Part shown: piece after piece, positions 35,310 through 44,208 of the stretch
Layout: every line of letters starts with the position of its first letter
Position numbering within the stretch: the stretch's first letter is position 1
IMG/VR virus record: IMGVR_UViG_3300015372_000001
Location: 16,738 to 80,737 of that record
Direction: 5' to 3' (one strand)
From: a virus
DNA length: 64,000 nucleotides
The notes under the pieces: model-generated
The model's database searches: none
What the model was told of the DNA's origin: nothing
Seen by the model: the letters and a program-made list of their open reading frames with translations, nothing else
Program-made: the position numbers and the translations under genes

Positions 35310-35536
35310 GCACCGCACCCACGATCGGCCGGATCGTGCACTACCGGACCTACGAGAATGACCGGACCCTGACCCGATGCGTCCCGGCGTTCGTGACCGA
35401 GGTCCACGAGAACAGCGAGGTGGGACTGGCCATCTTCACTCCCACCGGCTCGTCCTTCGACCGCAGGGTGCGGTGGGACGAGCAACAGGACCCGGCCACC
35501 TGGCACTGGCCCTGCGTGCGAACAGAGGAAACCTGA
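35306..35536 (+). CDS. Conserved small phage protein
   Basis: PTIGRIVHY...PA.VT.V...L.IF.P...TWHWP. Confidence 0.7.
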   Translation: MSTAPTIGRIVHYRTYENDRTLTRCVPAFVTEVHENSEVGLAIFTPTGSSFDRRVRWDEQQDPATWHWPCVRTEET

Positions 35537-35868
35537 TGGTGAACCCCAAGATCGTGGACTCCGAGGAGATCAAGCGTCGTCCCCGGAAGTCCCCGGCCAC
35601 CCGGCTGATCGAGTCGCTGCCGCCGAACCTGCTGACCGCGCGTCAGGTGGCGGAGAGGTTCGAGGTGAGCATCGAGACGATCCGCCGTCTGGGCCGGAAG
35701 AAGCTGTCGGACGGCAGCCCTATGTTCAAGGCACCGAGCAAGGCTGCGCGGACCGGCGATCTGGTCGTCTGGCTGTACACGCCGGCCGACCTGAGAGAGC
35801 TCGCGGAGTACTTCGGGAGGAAGGAACCCACCAACAACACCACCAGGAAGGGAAGGAAGAAGGCGTGA
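35536..35868 (+). CDS. MerR/excisionase-like HTH protein
   Basis: LTARQVAERFEVSIETIRR...LYT..D. Confidence 0.7.
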   Translation: MVNPKIVDSEEIKRRPRKSPATRLIESLPPNLLTARQVAERFEVSIETIRRLGRKKLSDGSPMFKAPSKAARTGDLVVWLYTPADLRELAEYFGRKEPTNNTTRKGRKKA

Positions 35869-36110
35869 ACGAACCAGCCAGGAAGGGCATGGAGGCCTAC
35901 GAGCTGTTCGCGGGCGACCAGATCACCGTGGGTGTGACCCACCAGATCGAGATCGGCCGGGACAAGTCGTGGGTGAAGTACGAGGCGATCACCAAGATCC
36001 GCCCCGGTGAGGCAGCAGAAGACGCAAGGACCCGGGCCATTGGCCACGTCAACGTGAGCGTCATGGAAGTCGTACATCAGACAGTCGAGACAGTGAGGAA
36101 CGCATCATGA
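35865..36110 (+). CDS. Hypothetical protein
   Basis: GTGA overlap. Confidence 0.6.
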   Translation: MNEPARKGMEAYELFAGDQITVGVTHQIEIGRDKSWVKYEAITKIRPGEAAEDARTRAIGHVNVSVMEVVHQTVETVRNAS

Positions 36111-36916
36111 GGTTTGGCAAGAGCGCGGCCGAGGCCGCCGAAGAGCCTGGTCGTGGCGGTGGTGGAGGGGACTTCATCCGCTACCTGAAGGACGGTGACA
36201 CCACCTTCCGGATCCTGCAGGAGCCGGATGACTGGACCTACTGGTGGGAGCACTTCTCCCCGATGGGGTTCTCCTTCCCCTGCCCGCGCGGCGTGGACGA
36301 CCCGGTGGAGGACTGCCCCGGCTGCAGTAGCGACAACGAGAAGATGTCCAAGGTGAACCGCAAGATCGGGTTCAACGTGCTGGCCTCGGTCAACGGCGTG
36401 GAGTACGTCAACGCCTTCAAGGTCGGGCCCACGGTCGCGGACAAGCTGAAGAACCGGTTCAACCGGTTCTCGACCGTGACCGACCGGGACTACACCATCA
36501 CTCGGTACAAGACCGGCTCGGACCGCTGGGACTTCGACGTGGAGGGCGGGATGCCCAGCCCGGTCGATGTCAGCAAGTACGAGCTGAAGGACCTCGAGGA
36601 GCTCCTGGCCCAGTCCTACGACGAGGCCTGGGGCGACGGTGCGCAGGCCCAGGCGAACCGTCAGGGCTCGGCCGAGGTTGCGGTGGCTGCCCAGCCCAAG
36701 CGGCCCACGATCGCCCCGCAGACGGCGGCTGTGGCCCAGGAGGAGCCCCCTTTTGAGGCTCCGGGGACCGAGAAGGTCTACCAAGAGGCCGACCTGCGGA
36801 AGATGGACCGCGAGGAGCTCCTGCTGCTGATCAAGAACGACCTGGGAGTGGAGCCGCCGAGCACCCTGACCACCCCGGGCGAGGTCGTGGACTGGCTGAT
36901 GTCGATCCAGCCCTGA
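36107..36916 (+). CDS. Single-stranded DNA-binding protein (gp32-like, Zn-binding)
   Basis: F..LKDG....RIL...EH...FPC...CPGC...DRDY.ITR; position next to polymerase. Confidence 0.7.
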   Translation: MRFGKSAAEAAEEPGRGGGGGDFIRYLKDGDTTFRILQEPDDWTYWWEHFSPMGFSFPCPRGVDDPVEDCPGCSSDNEKMSKVNRKIGFNVLASVNGVEYVNAFKVGPTVADKLKNRFNRFSTVTDRDYTITRYKTGSDRWDFDVEGGMPSPVDVSKYELKDLEELLAQSYDEAWGDGAQAQANRQGSAEVAVAAQPKRPTIAPQTAAVAQEEPPFEAPGTEKVYQEADLRKMDREELLLLIKNDLGVEPPSTLTTPGEVVDWLMSIQP

Positions 36917-37039
36917 GAGTCGTGGGTGGGGCTCCGGGTTCTGAACACCGGGCCCCACCCACTACCAGCTCCCCCGTAACCCCCGCATGGAAGGAACGAC
37001 CGAGGTGGCCAAACGTGACGCCACCTCGGGTCTGCTGCG

Positions 37040-39772
37040 ATGAGGATCATCCCAACCCCGAGACCGTTCCGGATCGAGCCGATGCCGTTCTGGCACCTGC
37101 ATGCCCATAGTCGGTACTCGGTCAACGACGCGATGCCGGCGGTCGAGGCGATGGTGGCCAAGGTCAAGGCGATGGGCCAGCCCGCGCTCGCGATCACCGA
37201 CCACGGCAACATGGCCGCGAGCGTGGAGCTGTACCAGGCCTGCGCCAAGGCCGGGATCACCCCGTTCCCCGGCTCGGAGATGTACTTCGTGCCGGACACC
37301 ATGGCCTATCGCACCGACCGTGCGGACAAGAGCACCAAGGCGACCATGTACCACCTGGGTGTGGTGGCCTACACCACCCAGGGCTACGAGCACCTGGTCA
37401 ACCTCTCGACCGCGAGCCACCGCAACCACTTCCACAAGCCGCTGGTGGACGAGCTGATGCTGGCCCAGCTGGCCCAGGACGGGAAGACCGCCGGGCTGGC
37501 GGTGACCACCGGCTGCTACTACGGCTACCTGGCGCAGACTCTGCTGCACGGCGGGGAGGCGTCAGCCCTGCGCTTCCTGCACACCCTCTCGGCCTGGTTC
37601 CCCGGCTCGGTGTACGTGGAGATCCAGAATCATCACATCACTCATGACGAGGGGACGAACGACGATGAACTGGCCGAAGGGCTTGTGGTACTGGCTGACC
37701 GAGCTGGTCTTCCCGTGGTCATCACTCAGGACTCGCACTACCTCGAGCCCGGTGACCGAGCCGACCACGACGGACTCAAGCGACTCGTTGCCTTTGGACC
37801 GGACCCGGACGACGCTGTTTTCCCCGGGGATGGCTTCCACCTGGCGGACGCCGGATGGATCGCAGATCATCACGGTCAACGTCGCCTTGCGCGAGGGCTG
37901 GAAGGACTGGCAGATCTCCTCGGTCGTCACACACTCACGATCCCTGTCCTTGACTCTTACTCGTACGCCGTCCCCGAAGTCGTAGCCAACCCGTTCCAGG
38001 CGCTGGTCAACCGGGTGCACGCCGCGCTCGAGGGGCGGTTCGCACCGAAGGGGATTCCGAACCGGTACGCGCTTCGGCTGGACGACGAGCTGCAGGTGAT
38101 CGATGACTCCGGGATGGCCGGCTACCTGATGCTGGTGGCCCAGGTGACGGACTGGTTGCGGGCCGAAGACATCATGTTCCAGACTAGAGGCTCGGCCGCG
38201 GGTTCTCTGGTCTGCTGGCTGCTCGGAATCTCGAACGTCGACCCGATCAAGTGGGACCTGAGGTTCGAGCGGTTCCTGTCCAAGGATCGGACGAAGCCTC
38301 CGGACGTGGACCTGGATGTGGCCCACGACCGACGTGACGAGCTGCTCGCGATGCTGGACACCCGGTTCACTGCTCATCAGATCGGGTCGTGGGCCACGTA
38401 CTCGCTGAACGACACCGAGGACGAGTTCGGTGAGACCCAACGAGGCTCTCTACGGGTGCGCTACTTCACCGCCGCCAACAAGCGCGACGAGGGCGCATCC
38501 TCGTGGTCTGAGGTTCCGGCCGCCGACAAGACCATGCTCGCCTCCCTCTCCGAACGGCACCTGTACAAGGGTATGGGAACCAACGCCGCCGGGATCGTGC
38601 TCACCAGCACCCAGGCGGAGTTCGACCGTCTCGTACCCATGGCATGGATGGCCAATCGCAAGGCGTACGTCACCCAGTACGGCAAGGACCAGATCGAGGC
38701 GCTGGGCCTGGTCAAGCTGGACGCGCTCGGGCTGAAGACGATGACCGTGCTGGACCGCACCATGCGGATGCTCGGACTGCCGCTGCACCGGCTCGGTGAC
38801 ATCGAGCACAAGGACGGACCCACCTACCAGCTGATCCGCTCGGGCAACACCGAGGGCATCTTCCAGCTGGAGGGCCGCTCCACTCAGTGGGGGCTGCGGG
38901 ACCTGAAGCCGACCACGATCAAGGATGTGATCGCGGCGATGGCGCTGTTCCGTCCCGCGACCATGAACACCGGGGCCACCCGGGCCTACATCGCCCGTAA
39001 GCACGGCGATGCGGCGATCCCGCTGCGGCACGAGCTGATCGCCAGGGTCACCGCGCCTACCTACGGGATCATGCTCTACCAGGAGCAGGTGATCGACATC
39101 CTGCGCGGGCTGGGGATGAACGCCGACGACCTGACCGCGTTCCTGAAGGCGGTCAAGGCCTCCAACAAGGACATCGGTGACGCCGGTGACGTGATCGACT
39201 CCTACATGACCTGGATCATCGAGGAGTGCGCCGAGCGCGGGATGAGCCAGGTCGACATCGACTACATCGAGGGGTCCATCCATGGGTTCGCCGAGTACGG
39301 CTTCAACCGGGCGCACGCCACGGTCTACGGGATCACCGCGTACCGCTGCGCGTACCTGGCGGCGCGTCATCCGCTGGAGTTCCACACGGCTCTGCTGGGC
39401 GTGGCGTCGGGCGGGGACAGCAAGAAGGAGACTCGCTACCTGGCTGCGACCAGGCGTCGCGGGCTGCGGGTGCTGGCACCGGACATCAACGTCTCGGGTG
39501 CCTCCTACACCCTCGATGAACTGCGAGGGGCTGTCCGTCGTGGACTTCAGTCCATTGATGGAGTCGGGGCCATCAGCGCAGCTCGACTGGAATCCCTCCA
39601 GCCCTTCTCCGGGCTGGACGATCTTGTCGAGCGATCCGCCACCGCGAGCGTTTCTGGACACAAGGAGTACGACGGAACCCCCGAGTCCCTGACCGGGGTG
39701 CTCGGCAAGATCTTCGCCTCGGGGGCGCTCACCACCCTCATCCATGGAAGGAACCCGCATGTCCCACTGTGA
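37040..39772 (+). CDS. dnaE: DNA polymerase III alpha-like (DnaE, family C); start 37040 or 37082
   Basis: PHP HLHAHSRYS/AITDHG; RGSAAGSLV; FERFL..R..PPDVDLD; GLVKLDALGL; GIFQLE; YGFNRAHA; PDIN.S; HhH. Confidence 0.95.
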   Translation: MRIIPTPRPFRIEPMPFWHLHAHSRYSVNDAMPAVEAMVAKVKAMGQPALAITDHGNMAASVELYQACAKAGITPFPGSEMYFVPDTMAYRTDRADKSTKATMYHLGVVAYTTQGYEHLVNLSTASHRNHFHKPLVDELMLAQLAQDGKTAGLAVTTGCYYGYLAQTLLHGGEASALRFLHTLSAWFPGSVYVEIQNHHITHDEGTNDDELAEGLVVLADRAGLPVVITQDSHYLEPGDRADHDGLKRLVAFGPDPDDAVFPGDGFHLADAGWIADHHGQRRLARGLEGLADLLGRHTLTIPVLDSYSYAVPEVVANPFQALVNRVHAALEGRFAPKGIPNRYALRLDDELQVIDDSGMAGYLMLVAQVTDWLRAEDIMFQTRGSAAGSLVCWLLGISNVDPIKWDLRFERFLSKDRTKPPDVDLDVAHDRRDELLAMLDTRFTAHQIGSWATYSLNDTEDEFGETQRGSLRVRYFTAANKRDEGASSWSEVPAADKTMLASLSERHLYKGMGTNAAGIVLTSTQAEFDRLVPMAWMANRKAYVTQYGKDQIEALGLVKLDALGLKTMTVLDRTMRMLGLPLHRLGDIEHKDGPTYQLIRSGNTEGIFQLEGRSTQWGLRDLKPTTIKDVIAAMALFRPATMNTGATRAYIARKHGDAAIPLRHELIARVTAPTYGIMLYQEQVIDILRGLGMNADDLTAFLKAVKASNKDIGDAGDVIDSYMTWIIEECAERGMSQVDIDYIEGSIHGFAEYGFNRAHATVYGITAYRCAYLAARHPLEFHTALLGVASGGDSKKETRYLAATRRRGLRVLAPDINVSGASYTLDELRGAVRRGLQSIDGVGAISAARLESLQPFSGLDDLVERSATASVSGHKEYDGTPESLTGVLGKIFASGALTTLIHGRNPHVPL
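37665..37985 (+). CDS. Candidate overprinted ORF nested in dnaE (+1 frame)
   Basis: Coincides with local A/T enrichment at dnaE third positions; GAGGGG ~10 nt upstream of ATG. Confidence 0.35.
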   Translation: MNWPKGLWYWLTELVFPWSSLRTRTTSSPVTEPTTTDSSDSLPLDRTRTTLFSPGMASTWRTPDGSQIITVNVALREGWKDWQISSVVTHSRSLSLTLTRTPSPKS

Positions 39773-40067
39773 AGCCATGATCGCGACCAGGACCGGTAGG
39801 TACGCCTGCTGCGGAGCCGAGCCGGCCGACCTGCACCACAAGATCACCCGAGCCCGGGGTGGGCTGATCCTGGACGCGGCGAACGAGACCTACCACCAGA
39901 TGTACCTGTGCCGAGAGCACCACGCCTACGCCCATGACCGTGAGACCGCGTTCGAGGGCGGGCTGCTGATCCACGGCTACGTGGTGACCGGGGTGGACGG
40001 CCGGCCGCTGTACACCGGGCCCGACGAGTACCTGACCGAGCACTACGGCAAGGGTGCACGAGTCTGA
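39759..40067 (+). CDS. HNH endonuclease
   Basis: CE...C...DLHH...RARGG...LCREHH..AH. Confidence 0.75.
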   Translation: MSHCEAMIATRTGRYACCGAEPADLHHKITRARGGLILDAANETYHQMYLCREHHAYAHDRETAFEGGLLIHGYVVTGVDGRPLYTGPDEYLTEHYGKGARV

Positions 40068-40125
40068 GCGTGTCGCCTGGACGAACCAACGTGCGTCGTA
40101 CTAGTGTGCGTAACAGGAGTGACAG

Positions 40126-40878
40126 ATGAAGTTCTCTGAGACGATCAAGCTGGCCGATCCTGGGCTGGTGGTGAGCAAGCGGCACGAGGCCTGGATCACC
40201 GAGCTCGACCACCACATGTACAGCCAGCGGGCGATCGACTTCGCCCAGGCCCAGCTCGGCTCGGTGGGCCGGAAGAGGTCGGGCACGATCAGCGCCTCGT
40301 CCCTGGGCGAGTGCGGCCGGTACCAGCAGTTCGTCTACCTGGGGATGCCCAAGCTGCTCCCCGATGCGAAGAACGCCGCGAAGATGGCCAACGGGTCGTT
40401 CATGCACCTGAGGTGGCAGATGGAGGGGTTGACCGAGGGCTGGCTGTCCCATGCCGAGGTGCCCTTGGACAAGAACGTCTTCGGGCTGAGCGGGACCATG
40501 GACGGGCTGCTGTACGACGACTCGATCCTGGAGCTGAAGAGCATCAACACCAACGGATTCAGTCGTGTGGTGACCTTCGGCCCACTGATCCCGCACCTGT
40601 TCCAGATGGCCACCTACATGATGTGCAGCGGCATCGACAAGGGCGTCTTCATCTACGAGAACAAGGACAACCAGGAGTACAAGGAGATCGTGGTCACCCC
40701 CGACGACGTGGACTTCGAGGAGACCAGGATCAGGGCCGAGTGGATGTGGGGTTCCACGGTCACCAAGAAGCTGCACGAGCCGCTGGGCAAGTGCATCGAC
40801 CGAGAAGGCTGGGAGTACAACTCGTGCCCGTTCCGTGACCGGTGCCTGTCGATCACGAGCTGGGAGGAGGTCGGGTGA
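40126..40878 (+). CDS. Cas4-like PD-(D/E)XK exonuclease
   Basis: SASSLGEC.R; G...H; GTMDG; ILELKS; Q...YM; C-terminal Cys cluster. Confidence 0.85.
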   Translation: MKFSETIKLADPGLVVSKRHEAWITELDHHMYSQRAIDFAQAQLGSVGRKRSGTISASSLGECGRYQQFVYLGMPKLLPDAKNAAKMANGSFMHLRWQMEGLTEGWLSHAEVPLDKNVFGLSGTMDGLLYDDSILELKSINTNGFSRVVTFGPLIPHLFQMATYMMCSGIDKGVFIYENKDNQEYKEIVVTPDDVDFEETRIRAEWMWGSTVTKKLHEPLGKCIDREGWEYNSCPFRDRCLSITSWEEVG

Positions 40879-41081
40879 ACAGCGTTGTCAACATCGTCTG
40901 GTGCCCGTACTGCGAGGAGCCCATCGACTACCCCTGTCTGACCGTGAGCGGGAAGAAGAGCCGGGTCCTGCACCAGGCTCGCCTGATTGCGTCCGGGGGA
41001 CCGATCTGCACCGAGTGCGGCAACGACCTGGCGGCCGAGGGCCAGCAGCTGTGCCTGGAGTGCCTGGAGGCTACGTCGTGA
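40875..41081 (+). CDS. Zn-finger protein
   Basis: CPYC..PC..H.AR; CTEC..CLEC. Confidence 0.6.
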   Translation: MNSVVNIVWCPYCEEPIDYPCLTVSGKKSRVLHQARLIASGGPICTECGNDLAAEGQQLCLECLEATS

Positions 41082-41245
41082 AGACGATCAGGCTCGAGAC
41101 CGTCCAGGAGATCTGCAAGCTGCTGGAGATCGACCCCGAGGACACCCTGGAGATCTACATCGGGGTGCACGAGGTGACGGTGACCAGGCGGCACGGGTTC
41201 ATCAGCCGGAAGATCATCGCCGACGATGCCGAGGAGTCGGAGTGA
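41078..41245 (+). CDS. Hypothetical protein
   Basis: GGAGG RBS, GTGA overlaps. Confidence 0.55.
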   Translation: MKTIRLETVQEICKLLEIDPEDTLEIYIGVHEVTVTRRHGFISRKIIADDAEESE

Positions 41246-41661
41246 GGATTGAGCCGTCCCGACAGCCGAGCGTCCGTGCGCCGGCCAAGTTCGGGCACAA
41301 GCTGACCGATGTCGAGGTGCTCTCCGGACTGCCCGATGTCGAGGACCTGCACGACGAGCTGCTGGGCTACGCCAACATCATCCTGGGCCGGGCAGACCCG
41401 CCGGCCGACATGGACTCGGTGCTGGACCTGATGGAGATCGCCGCGGCCTACTACGCGCGGGCCAAGGAGATCGACATGCTGATCCACTGGGAGGAGCAGA
41501 ACCGGCGCGTGATCAGGGGCAGCCCGTACTACAAGTTCCGCACCGGACAACTGAGGAGCTTCATCGAGATGGCCAAGATGATGGCCGACCTGGGGAGCAG
41601 GCGACTGACCCAGGAGCGGCTGTTGTTCGAGGCAAGGTACGACGCGAACGGAGATGTGTGA
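41242..41661 (+). CDS. Hypothetical helical protein
   Basis: GTGA overlap; high-GC3 codon use. Confidence 0.6.
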   Translation: MRIEPSRQPSVRAPAKFGHKLTDVEVLSGLPDVEDLHDELLGYANIILGRADPPADMDSVLDLMEIAAAYYARAKEIDMLIHWEEQNRRVIRGSPYYKFRTGQLRSFIEMAKMMADLGSRRLTQERLLFEARYDANGDV

Positions 41662-42146
41662 TGGGCACCAAGCGGGCCAGGAGCCAGCGCTGGATGGAGG
41701 GTGCGGAGGTGGCGCGGGTCGGGACCGCAGGCCATCAGGCGATGTACCAGATGGAGCGGTTGATCCAGGGTCAGCACCCGGAGAAGAACCCGATCAGGCA
41801 GCTGGTGCTGATGAAGAAGTACGGCCGCAGTCTGATGGAGCTGGTCTTCATGATGACCAAGGTGCAGAAGGTGATGCGCGAGCAGATGATGATGGACACG
41901 CCGAACCAGGGTCTGCCCTGGACCGAGCAGGAGGATGAGCTGGTGGTTCGGGACCGGGCCGAGGGGATGGAGATCCACGAGATCGCCCGGTCCTTGGGCA
42001 GGACGCCGGCCGCGATCGCGACCAGGCTGAGCGTGCTGATCGGAGTGCCGAGGTCGGAGATCGTGACCGCCTACATCGACGGCACGGTGGACACCGAGCG
42101 GGTGCGTGGGATCTTCCACGGTGTGGCCAAGCGGGTGGCGGGGTGA
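41661..42146 (+). CDS. Myb/HTH-like DNA-binding protein
   Basis: PWTEQEDEL...EIARSLGRT..AI..RL. Confidence 0.7.
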   Translation: MGTKRARSQRWMEGAEVARVGTAGHQAMYQMERLIQGQHPEKNPIRQLVLMKKYGRSLMELVFMMTKVQKVMREQMMMDTPNQGLPWTEQEDELVVRDRAEGMEIHEIARSLGRTPAAIATRLSVLIGVPRSEIVTAYIDGTVDTERVRGIFHGVAKRVAG

Positions 42147-42358
42147 CCGAGAAGATCCCGGACGAGGTGATCAAGCAGGCCCTGGCCCAGGCGGCGTGGG
42201 ACAAGAGGAAGTCCCTGACCCAGTACCGGATCGCGATCGAGACCGCTCATCAGCACGGCTGGGGGCACACCAGAATCGCACGAGTGTGCGGGGTGAGTGA
42301 GGCCGCCATCCGCAACTACCTGCGGCGATCCAAGAGTAAGGCCAAGGGGCGGAGATAG
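42143..42358 (+). CDS. HTH DNA-binding protein
   Basis: GWGHTRIARVCGVSEAAIRNYL. Confidence 0.7.
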   Translation: MTEKIPDEVIKQALAQAAWDKRKSLTQYRIAIETAHQHGWGHTRIARVCGVSEAAIRNYLRRSKSKAKGRR

Positions 42359-42368
42359 GTGGTTACTG

Positions 42369-43121
42369 ATGGTTGACATAACGTTGCATGCGATGCACTG
42401 TTCGATGCAGTTCGCGGACTCGGCCAAGCAGAAGCAGGCCGATGCAGCGAAGATCTTCGGCCGGGCCAAGAGCAGGGGCGTGCACTGGATCACCGGCACC
42501 GAGGCGGGGATGGCGAAGAGCGCCGACCTGCGCAAGGCACTGGGCAAGGCAGCCGACGCCACCGACTACCGGTTCACCGTGCAGAGCGATGTCTGGATCG
42601 CGGTCAGGAAGGACCTGATCCTGCCGGGGACCTGGAAGCGAGGGTTCATCCAGACCCTGGAGGCGAGCACCGGGAGCCAGACCTTCTCTGACCGGGGGAT
42701 CCTGTGGGCCCAGTTCGACACCGCCGAGGTTGGGCTGGTGAGCGTGGGGTGCAGCCACTACATGACCAACGGCCGGAAGCCGGGGGACGAGTACTACCAG
42801 GCCAACACCAAGCTGACCAGGGCGATCGGGGAGTGGGGCAAGGTGCACGGGAAGGGCGCGCAGCTGTGCTTCTACGGAGGCGATGCCAACATCGTGGACC
42901 GGACCGACGACGTGTTCCGGGGCAAGCCGTTCACCACCCTGGCCGATGAGCTGAAGGACTGGGAGAACTCGGGGCACGGGAGCATCGACATCATCGCCTC
43001 CTATGACGCCGACAGGCGGGTCAAGGGCAAGTACTGGCGGGTGCTGGACGACTCCGAGTTCCACCTGAACACCGACCACTACGCCTGCGAGGGCGGGTTC
43101 ACGGTGACCAGGAAGACGTGA
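42369..43121 (+). CDS. Endonuclease/exonuclease/phosphatase (EEP) family protein
   Basis: GTE, SH, GGDAN, IDII, TDH motifs. Confidence 0.75.
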   Translation: MVDITLHAMHCSMQFADSAKQKQADAAKIFGRAKSRGVHWITGTEAGMAKSADLRKALGKAADATDYRFTVQSDVWIAVRKDLILPGTWKRGFIQTLEASTGSQTFSDRGILWAQFDTAEVGLVSVGCSHYMTNGRKPGDEYYQANTKLTRAIGEWGKVHGKGAQLCFYGGDANIVDRTDDVFRGKPFTTLADELKDWENSGHGSIDIIASYDADRRVKGKYWRVLDDSEFHLNTDHYACEGGFTVTRKT

Positions 43122-43137
43122 TCGCTAGCCTGAGCAC

Positions 43138-43728
43138 ATGGCCAAGGTGCGGGCTCACTGGGCGGCGATCGGGGACTCGCTGACCTTCGGCTGGGGCTCC
43201 ACCGACCCCGCCACCAAGGCGTACCCGGTGATCGCGGGGCTGCCCAGGATCGGCAAGCCGGGGCAGTGCCTGACCATCCCAGGCCCCTGGCCGGCGCTGA
43301 TCGACACCTTCGCCAACGAGGTGAACAACCTGAAGGCCGACTTCGGGGTGAACGCGATCGTGGTGGAGATCGGGCTGAACGACCTGCGGCGCAGGGACAA
43401 GCTCTACGACGACATGCTGGCCGGGTACCAGCACCTGGCGAAGGTGGGGGACAACCACCATGTGAAGGTGGTGTTCTCCACGATCACGCCCTGGGGAGCA
43501 GGCAGCACCACGGCGACAGCGCTCAAGCAGCAGAACCGGGCTCAGCTCAACCACTGGGTGCGGACCACGGTGGGGTTCGTGGAGTACGCGATCCCGATGG
43601 GCAACGCCACGTTGAGGCCCGAGTTCGACAGCGGCGACCACACCCATCCCAGTGATGCCGGGCATGCCCGGATGGGCGGGGTGCTGGCTGCCTACGCGGC
43701 CCTGCACCAGGAGATCAAGAAGCCCTGA
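43138..43728 (+). CDS. SGNH/GDSL hydrolase
   Basis: AIGDSLTFG, EIGLND, DHTHPSDAGH. Confidence 0.9.
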   Translation: MAKVRAHWAAIGDSLTFGWGSTDPATKAYPVIAGLPRIGKPGQCLTIPGPWPALIDTFANEVNNLKADFGVNAIVVEIGLNDLRRRDKLYDDMLAGYQHLAKVGDNHHVKVVFSTITPWGAGSTTATALKQQNRAQLNHWVRTTVGFVEYAIPMGNATLRPEFDSGDHTHPSDAGHARMGGVLAAYAALHQEIKKP

Positions 43729-43824
43729 TAGCGTCAGACGTTTGCTGATAACGTCTGACGTTATGGCGAGAAAACCCCTGGATACGTCAGACGAAACCCT
43801 CCGACTGACCATTCGTCTGACGAA
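43725..43824. promoter_or_regulatory. Four-copy palindromic operator CGTCWGACG
   Basis: Copies at 43732, 43752, 43785, 43814 around the start of an RHH gene. Confidence 0.7.
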
Positions 43825-44098
43825 ACAGCAACTGGCGCTGTTGGACTCCCAGCGTGGAGGCGCGTCCCGGAGTTCCTACGTGCGCGAGCTGATCGAGCAC
43901 GGGATGGCGCAGAAGACCCTGCGTGACATTCCGCCCATGCAACCGACCCGAGTCGGGGAGCGGATGATCGTGGTCGAGCCCTTGGAACCGGTGCGGGAGC
44001 ATCTGCACCGGTACATCAAGGGCGACGAAGCTGGGTACGTCCGTGGCACCAAGGTCTACCTCTACACCTGCGAGTGCGGGGAGACCGAGGTTCGATGA
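43763..44098 (+). CDS. Ribbon-helix-helix (CopG-like) DNA-binding protein with C-terminal metal-binding motif
   Basis: LTIRLT...LD..RG..SRSSYVRELI; HLH...CECG. Confidence 0.7.
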   Translation: MARKPLDTSDETLRLTIRLTKQQLALLDSQRGGASRSSYVRELIEHGMAQKTLRDIPPMQPTRVGERMIVVEPLEPVREHLHRYIKGDEAGYVRGTKVYLYTCECGETEVR

Positions 44099-44108
44099 GG
44101 GAGGACCG

Positions 44109-44201
44109 ATGAGCCGAGAAGTCTTCCAGTGGATCGTGGTGATCGAGCTGTTCGTGATCATCCTGCTGCTGGCCCTGCCCCTGCGTGGGAGGGTGCGATG
44201 A
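44109..44201 (+). CDS. 30-aa membrane peptide
   Basis: GGAGG RBS; WIVVIELFVIILLLALPL; not in ORF track. Confidence 0.5.
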   Translation: MSREVFQWIVVIELFVIILLLALPLRGRVR

Positions 44202-44208
44202 TGAGCCT

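Noticed and set aside
35536-35868. Excisionase implying a temperate lifestyle
   Set aside because: No integrase, att site or clear immunity repressor in the window; MerR-like HTH proteins also occur in lytic phages.
31898-39772. Inteins or introns in DnaB or DnaE (and TerL)
   Set aside because: Motifs are contiguous, sizes are normal or short, and no intein boundary or LAGLIDADG signature was seen.
40126-40878. Cas4-like gene as a sign of CRISPR-Cas
   Set aside because: No array or other cas genes seen; solo Cas4-like nucleases are common in phage replication modules.
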